From the NCBI GenBank assembly GCA_951812855.1, contig OX638337.1, forward strand, positions 390,001 to 422,000: DNA of 32,000 bases, in the 5' to 3' direction. Below are positions 27,344 through 32,000 of this stretch, in pieces. Under the pieces are notes generated by a model. That model did no database searches. It was given only the letters and a program-made list of their open reading frames with translations, and was not told the DNA's origin. The position numbers and the translations under genes were made by a program. The stretch's first letter is position 1. Each line of letters opens with the position of its first letter. Origin of the DNA: an uncultured Lentisphaeria bacterium (GTDB lineage: Bacteria > Verrucomicrobiota > Lentisphaeria > JABSQK01 > JAJFLO01).

Positions 27344-29929
27344 ATGGAAGAGATAAAACGTTATAAAACATCTGACCTTGTCTTAAAGGTTGACAAAAAC
27401 TATGACCCGACTAAACTTCCGCTACAGCACTGGGATAGATATATTGATATTTTAGTAAGTAACAGACAATATCAAAAAGAAGCAATTATTAACACAGTAA
27501 TATTTTTAGCTTCTGGTTTATATAAAAATACACGTGATTTGGTAGAAAAAAATTGGAATGATAATTCAAATGTGGAATTGAAAAAAAGGTATTCCGATTT
27601 AGATGAATACTTAAATTACCTACAAATTTCATCCAAACTTTCGGCAACAATTGACCTTGCCACAGGAACAGGGAAAAGTTATGTGATATACGGCATTGCT
27701 CAAATTATGCTTGGGTTAGGCTTAGTTGATAGAGTTTTAGTTTTGTGCCCTTCACTAACAATTGAAGGTGGATTAACCGAAAAATTTTTAAATCTAAGTT
27801 CAGATAGCAAATTAGTAGACGCTATCCCTGAGAATGCAAAGTGGAGAAACCCCTCAATAAAATCATCTGATGTAACTATTAAAGAGGGTGATATCTGTAT
27901 TGAGAATATTCATGCTGTCTATGAAACTACCGGTTCATCAATTAAAGATAGTTTTAAAAATAACGGTGAAAAAACCTTGGTACTCAATGACGAAGCACAC
28001 CATATCTACAATAGAGTTGAAGGCAGAGGTAAAGAGACTCAGAATCTAAAGAAATGGAAAGAATTTCTGATAAATTCCGACTTCAATTTTAAATATATCG
28101 CTGGTTTTACAGGTACAGCATATATCGACGATGAATATTTTAATGATGTGATTTATCGTTACTCCTTACGGCAGGCTGTTGACGATCAAATGGTCAAAAT
28201 GGTCGACTATATTAGTAAAGACGACGACCTTGATAAGAATATAAAATTCCAAAAAATTTATGACAATCATGACTATAACAAGCTAAATTATCGCAAAATA
28301 AAACCTCTAACAATTCTAATTACAAAAGACATTAAAAATGCTAAAAGATTACTTACTGAAGTCTCTGATTTTCTAATATCGCGGGAGAGTTTAAGTGAGG
28401 ATGAAGTAAAAGAAAAAACTTTGATTGTTACCTCACACAGCGACCATAAAGCAAATGTTCAGAAATTAAAGGAAGTTGATAATAAAGATAATCCAATAGA
28501 ATGGATAATTTCCGTTTCAATGCTTACAGAAGGTTGGGATGTTAAAAATGTCTTTCAAATTGTGCCTTGGGAAGACAGAGCATTTAATTCAAAATTATTA
28601 ATTGCACAGGTTTTAGGGCGTGGCTTACGAATACCGATTGAATATCAAAGCCCGCAACCAAAAGTAAGAATTTTTAACCACGATGCTTGGAGCAGAAATA
28701 TAAAAGGACTTGTTGATGAAATACTTGAAATTGAAAAGCGACTTATTTCTATTCCTTTAGGAACAGGATATAGGGTACGACATCATTTCAAAGTCCATCA
28801 CATAGACTATACTAAAAAAGCTATCATTAAGAAATCTAGTAAAGAGCATATAGAATTTGACTACACAAAAGGATATATAGAACTTCAATCACAAGTAGAA
28901 AAAAGCGAAAGGGAAACTGAATATACAGATTTTGCAGGGACTATAAATTTAAAAGAAACACTTATCCATTACAACACCTACACTATAGAGGAAGTTGTAA
29001 ATAAAATTATAGATGAACTCAAAGTAAGAGACTGGGAAGGGAAAATAATTAAACTTCCAACTGGTAGTTATTCTAAAGACAAGATTCCACCAAAGGAAGA
29101 GATAACTAAAATTATTCGCACATCAATGGATAGAGTCGGTATCAAAGGAGATAGATTAATCGAAAAAAATAAGAATAAAATATTAAACAGTTTCAATACA
29201 CTTCTTAGAAAAACTAATAAAAGCGTATTTTATGAAAGAGAAGTTCGAGAGTTACAGACAATACATACAAAGGACATGAAACAAGAGAGTGTAGCACTCG
29301 GTAATTTAAGACAGAATGCAACGGTCTATTATTCATCTGAATACAAAACTGAAATTGATGAGAAAAATTTAGAGTTATTAAATATTGTAATCAAAGATGA
29401 AAGTTTGCCAAGAAGTGCGTCAAAAGAAATAGGGAAGTTTCTTTTTAAAACACCTTTGAACTTAATTTTTTCTACAGCACAGCCTGAACGCGAGTTCATC
29501 AAGGAACTTTGTGAAAAAAATAACGCAGAGAAAATTGCAAGTTGGCTGAAGTCAAGAGATATGAATTTTTATTCAATAGAATACTCAATTACCTCTATCG
29601 GCGGAAAACACTCAAAAATTCAATCTTTCAACCCTGATTTTTTTATAAAACTAATAGATGGTAAAATTACACATTTCTTAATTGTTGAAATTAAATCTGA
29701 TGAAGATATAAGTGAAGAAAATAAGGCAAAACTAAAATATGGGACACAACATTTTAAGGACTTGAATAAGGAATTGAAAAAACAGAACGTTGACGAAAAA
29801 TATCATTTTCATTTTTTAAGCCCTAACTCGTATGACGTATTTTTTGACCATTTGAGAAACGGAAAACTGATTGAAGATAAATTTAAAAGTGATTTAGAAG
29901 TCGAATTATTAGCAAAGACTAACGAATAA
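27344..29929 (+). CDS. res: Type III R-M restriction subunit (Res): SF2 helicase-like ATPase plus C-terminal PD-(D/E)xK nuclease
   Basis: The track ORF starts at 27293, inside mod. ATG 27344 (MEEIKRYK...), one nt after the mod TAA, is the plausible start (861 aa). Motifs: YQKEAI (Q), DLATGTGKSYV (I), VLNDEAHHI (II), GFTGTA (III), SVSMLTEGWDVKNV (V), AQVLGRGLRIP (VI). C-terminal FNPDFF...FLIVEIKSD gives PD...(E)xK. Confidence 0.87.
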   Translation: MEEIKRYKTSDLVLKVDKNYDPTKLPLQHWDRYIDILVSNRQYQKEAIINTVIFLASGLYKNTRDLVEKNWNDNSNVELKKRYSDLDEYLNYLQISSKLSATIDLATGTGKSYVIYGIAQIMLGLGLVDRVLVLCPSLTIEGGLTEKFLNLSSDSKLVDAIPENAKWRNPSIKSSDVTIKEGDICIENIHAVYETTGSSIKDSFKNNGEKTLVLNDEAHHIYNRVEGRGKETQNLKKWKEFLINSDFNFKYIAGFTGTAYIDDEYFNDVIYRYSLRQAVDDQMVKMVDYISKDDDLDKNIKFQKIYDNHDYNKLNYRKIKPLTILITKDIKNAKRLLTEVSDFLISRESLSEDEVKEKTLIVTSHSDHKANVQKLKEVDNKDNPIEWIISVSMLTEGWDVKNVFQIVPWEDRAFNSKLLIAQVLGRGLRIPIEYQSPQPKVRIFNHDAWSRNIKGLVDEILEIEKRLISIPLGTGYRVRHHFKVHHIDYTKKAIIKKSSKEHIEFDYTKGYIELQSQVEKSERETEYTDFAGTINLKETLIHYNTYTIEEVVNKIIDELKVRDWEGKIIKLPTGSYSKDKIPPKEEITKIIRTSMDRVGIKGDRLIEKNKNKILNSFNTLLRKTNKSVFYEREVRELQTIHTKDMKQESVALGNLRQNATVYYSSEYKTEIDEKNLELLNIVIKDESLPRSASKEIGKFLFKTPLNLIFSTAQPEREFIKELCEKNNAEKIASWLKSRDMNFYSIEYSITSIGGKHSKIQSFNPDFFIKLIDGKITHFLIVEIKSDEDISEENKAKLKYGTQHFKDLNKELKKQNVDEKYHFHFLSPNSYDVFFDHLRNGKLIEDKFKSDLEVELLAKTNE

Positions 29930-29952
29930 TATTCGACCCCAAAGGCATATAC

Positions 29953-29994
29953 ATTTGCAATTTACAAATTGCAAACCGATTGGCAGTAAATGCC
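29953..29994 (+). repeat. Two adjacent hairpins just after res: TTTGCAATTT-AC-AAATTGCAAA and TGGCA-GTAAA-TGCCA
   Basis: Perfect 10-bp arms at 29953-29962 / 29965-29974, then 5-bp arms at 29980-29994. No T-run follows, so this is not a textbook intrinsic terminator. Confidence 0.5.
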
Positions 29995-30039
29995 AGTAAA
30001 GTTTCTATTGGAAAGAAACTTGATGTATAGCATTAAATA

Positions 30040-30201
30040 ATGATGAAAAATAACAGAAAAGATATAACGATGGAACAATTTAAGACTGTTGTGGGTAAGT
30101 TAATGCAAACAGGAAAACCGACTATAAAATCAGAGAATAAGAAACCTACAAGAAAAGAATTGGAAGAAAGAATTTACCATAACGTTAATTATAAGTGCTA
30201 A
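30040..30201 (+). CDS. Small ORF (53 aa), unknown, inside the repeat-bounded element
   Basis: MMKNNRKDITMEQFKTVVGKLMQTGKPTIKSENKKPTRKELEERIYHNVNYKC*. It is below the track's size cut-off. Lys-rich, no SD seen. It may not be real. Confidence 0.2.
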   Translation: MMKNNRKDITMEQFKTVVGKLMQTGKPTIKSENKKPTRKELEERIYHNVNYKC

Positions 30202-30240
30202 GTAAAACCATAAAAAAATTCATAAGAATTTATAGAATTC

Positions 30241-30266
30241 CTTATTTAAGTATATAATTCCCCTTA
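30241..30266. repeat. Copy C of island repeat (right inverted repeat); revcomp = TAAGGGGAATTATATACTTAAATAAG
   Basis: Inverted relative to 24151-24181. The exact 16-mer is at 30247-30262. It is flanked outside by AAAT (30267-30270). It supplies the last 7-8 codons and the stop codon of the truncated GT-C ORF. Confidence 0.8.
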
Positions 30267-30910
30267 AAATGGTCTGCTCCCTCGGCGGGTGTTAAAAGCC
30301 CTACATATTCACGAGCATGGATAAATGTCCAATAAATGAAATTCTTGAAATTTCCTGACAGAATAAATATTAAGCAGGTGGTTAAATAAGGAAGGGATAC
30401 CCCAATGATAAATATAAGCATACGTATTATTAATTTTTTCCACCGCCGGGTGTTTATCATTATGTCATAAAACATGATTCCGAGTCCGGCAATCACAAAC
30501 GTAAAATCATGTTGTTTTATTAACACGGCACATCCAAGTAATATACCCGCTGTCAGGCAGAAATAATTTTTCTCTTGATTCAGTGATATCAGAAGACACC
30601 AGATTGCACTCAGCACAAACGGTATCATAAAATGTTCTGTATTGGCAAAAATACCCTGTACTGAACTGCTTAAATTATGAATCATGTAAAACCCGGCTGC
30701 GATGACAGCTGAAATTGAACTGGATAACACACGTCCGGCAATCAGAAATATAAGAATAATACTGATAGAATTTGCAATGAGCAAACCGGTATGGATGGCT
30801 GAAATTGAATGACCGAATACAGATAAAGCAGCACCATAAATCACATAAATTCCGGGTAGTTTCATACTGTAAAAATCTTTGTAAGGAACGAATCCCTGAA
30901 GAAGTAGGAT
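30242..30910 (-). pseudogene. GT-C fold glycosyltransferase (ArnT/PMT, GT39/83-like) fragment, truncated at both ends
   Basis: Track ORF 30242-30865 (207 aa, about 7 TM segments). The frame is open upstream to 30910 and reads ..GFVPYKDFYSMKLPGIYVIYG, the loop-1 motif (PY.D...KPP) that normally follows TM1, but TAA TAA at 30911-30916 removes the N-terminus. The 3' end runs into repeat copy C. Full-length relatives are about 450-550 aa. Confidence 0.68.
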
Positions 30911-31182
30911 TTATTAACACAAATATTTAAGAATATTGTTTTAATCAGTGTAATTTCAAAACGGTGGAATATCACCTCAATTTACAGGTATATAATTCAT
31001 GTCCTGTATAGTATAAAACAATATGGAGCTTACTATATCAGGAAATTAGTTTTTTAATCTTATTTACTGTCAATTTAAACAATTTCCGAATATCAAATCC
31101 TCTGCTTAACTCAGCGTTTGAACTGAAGTAAATTTCAACAACCTCCTGAATTCGGATAAAATTTAAACAAATGTGATTTATT

Positions 31183-32000
31183 ATGCGTGTTATAATCGTT
31201 GGTGCCGGTGAAGTTGGAAACCAATTGGCAAAGGTTTTATGTCACAGAAAAAATGATGTTATCATTATTGATCTGGATGATAAAATCTTAGAACAGTTAA
31301 AAAATCAATTAGATGTCATGACCCTGACAGGTAACGGTGCTGCAGGTCAGATATTAGTGAAAGCCGGTATTGATAAAGCAGATATGCTATTTGCAGTCAC
31401 AAATAATAGCGAAGCAAATATCCTAACCTGCGTGGTGGCAAAAAATTATAATGTACGGAAAAAAATTGCGAGAATAAAAACGAATGAGTATTTTGATGAT
31501 GCGAAGGGATTAAAACCCGAATTTTTCGGGATAGATCATGTTATAATTCCGGAATATGAATGTGCCACCGACATTCTCGATGCACTTCTGCGGCCGGCAA
31601 TCAGAGAAACAGTAAAGTTTCGTCACCCGGATGCCCAGATGGTAAATTTTCAGATTAAGCCGGGTTCGCCATTGGCAGGCTCCGCGTTAAAAAACTTTCC
31701 GATGCCCGAATTTATTAATAAATTACGAGTCTGTGCCATATTGAGATACGGGCAGTTAATTATCCCGACCGGTATTAATAAGTTCAATGCCTACGATGAG
31801 ATTTACGTTTCCGGTGACCAGACGGTTATTGACGAATTGATCTCACGGTCTGAAGGTGATGATAAATTTATTTCCAAAGTCATTATAGCCGGCGGTACAC
31901 GATTGGGAGGGATTCTAGCCTCAATGCTCGTTACTGCCGATATAAAAGTATCACTCATCGAACCGGATTTGGTTGAAGCTGAACGCGTGTGTGATCTCCT
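31183..32000 (+). CDS. trkA: Trk potassium-uptake system NAD-binding subunit TrkA, N-terminal ~272 aa; continues beyond the window
   Basis: Not in the track because there is no stop in the window. MRVIIVGAGEVGNQLAKVL...DVIIIDLD (Rossmann GxGxxG plus acidic residue), then a TrkA-C-like segment, then a second Rossmann start KVIIAGGTRLGGILA at the window edge. Confidence 0.88.
   Translation, partial: MRVIIVGAGEVGNQLAKVLCHRKNDVIIIDLDDKILEQLKNQLDVMTLTGNGAAGQILVKAGIDKADMLFAVTNNSEANILTCVVAKNYNVRKKIARIKTNEYFDDAKGLKPEFFGIDHVIIPEYECATDILDALLRPAIRETVKFRHPDAQMVNFQIKPGSPLAGSALKNFPMPEFINKLRVCAILRYGQLIIPTGINKFNAYDEIYVSGDQTVIDELISRSEGDDKFISKVIIAGGTRLGGILASMLVTADIKVSLIEPDLVEAERVCDL

Noticed and set aside
30989-30999. 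Fourth copy of the island repeat core (GTATATAATTC)
   Set aside because: It is only an 11-mer. Hundreds of 11-mer coincidences are expected in 32 kb of AT-rich DNA on both strands.

Overview
AT-rich chromosomal segment from an unidentified diderm (Gram-negative-type) bacterium; I cannot assign the taxon from sequence alone. About 21 genes look intact. Housekeeping genes are icd, archaeal-type apgM, cbiX, ctaB, mreB, uppS, ung, rph and trkA. Envelope proteins are a coiled-coil porin and a DUF481 outer-membrane protein. There is also a YwqA-like SNF2 ATPase followed by a cNMP-binding protein, a trio of GlmU-C-like LbH transferase, enlarged CofD/YvcK-like protein and 362-aa orphan, and an rph / CheR-like / ICMT-like overlapping operon. 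I saw no rRNA, tRNA or CRISPR array. Two things stand out. (1) Gene decay is heavy: at least seven relics in 32 kb. These are an SDR pseudogene fused to an FGE-like fragment, an ABC ATPase with an in-frame stop and a ruined Walker A, an IS1380-family 3' remnant, a P-loop fragment, a multiply frameshifted IS1595-family transposase and a truncated GT-C glycosyltransferase. (2) There is an accessory patch at about 23.1-30.9 kb. In it, a canonical-looking Type III restriction-modification pair (mod 25243-27342, res 27344-29929) and the IS1595 relic lie together between imperfect inverted repeats of about 30 bp (24151-24181 / 30241-30266). A degenerate third copy sits exactly between the transposase stop and the mod start. 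My best candidate for something new is that the R-M system is cargo of an IS1595-derived passenger-carrying IS that landed in a GT-C gene. This is inference and needs alignment and comparative checks. Everything here comes from reading the sequence and the ORF track; no searches were run.
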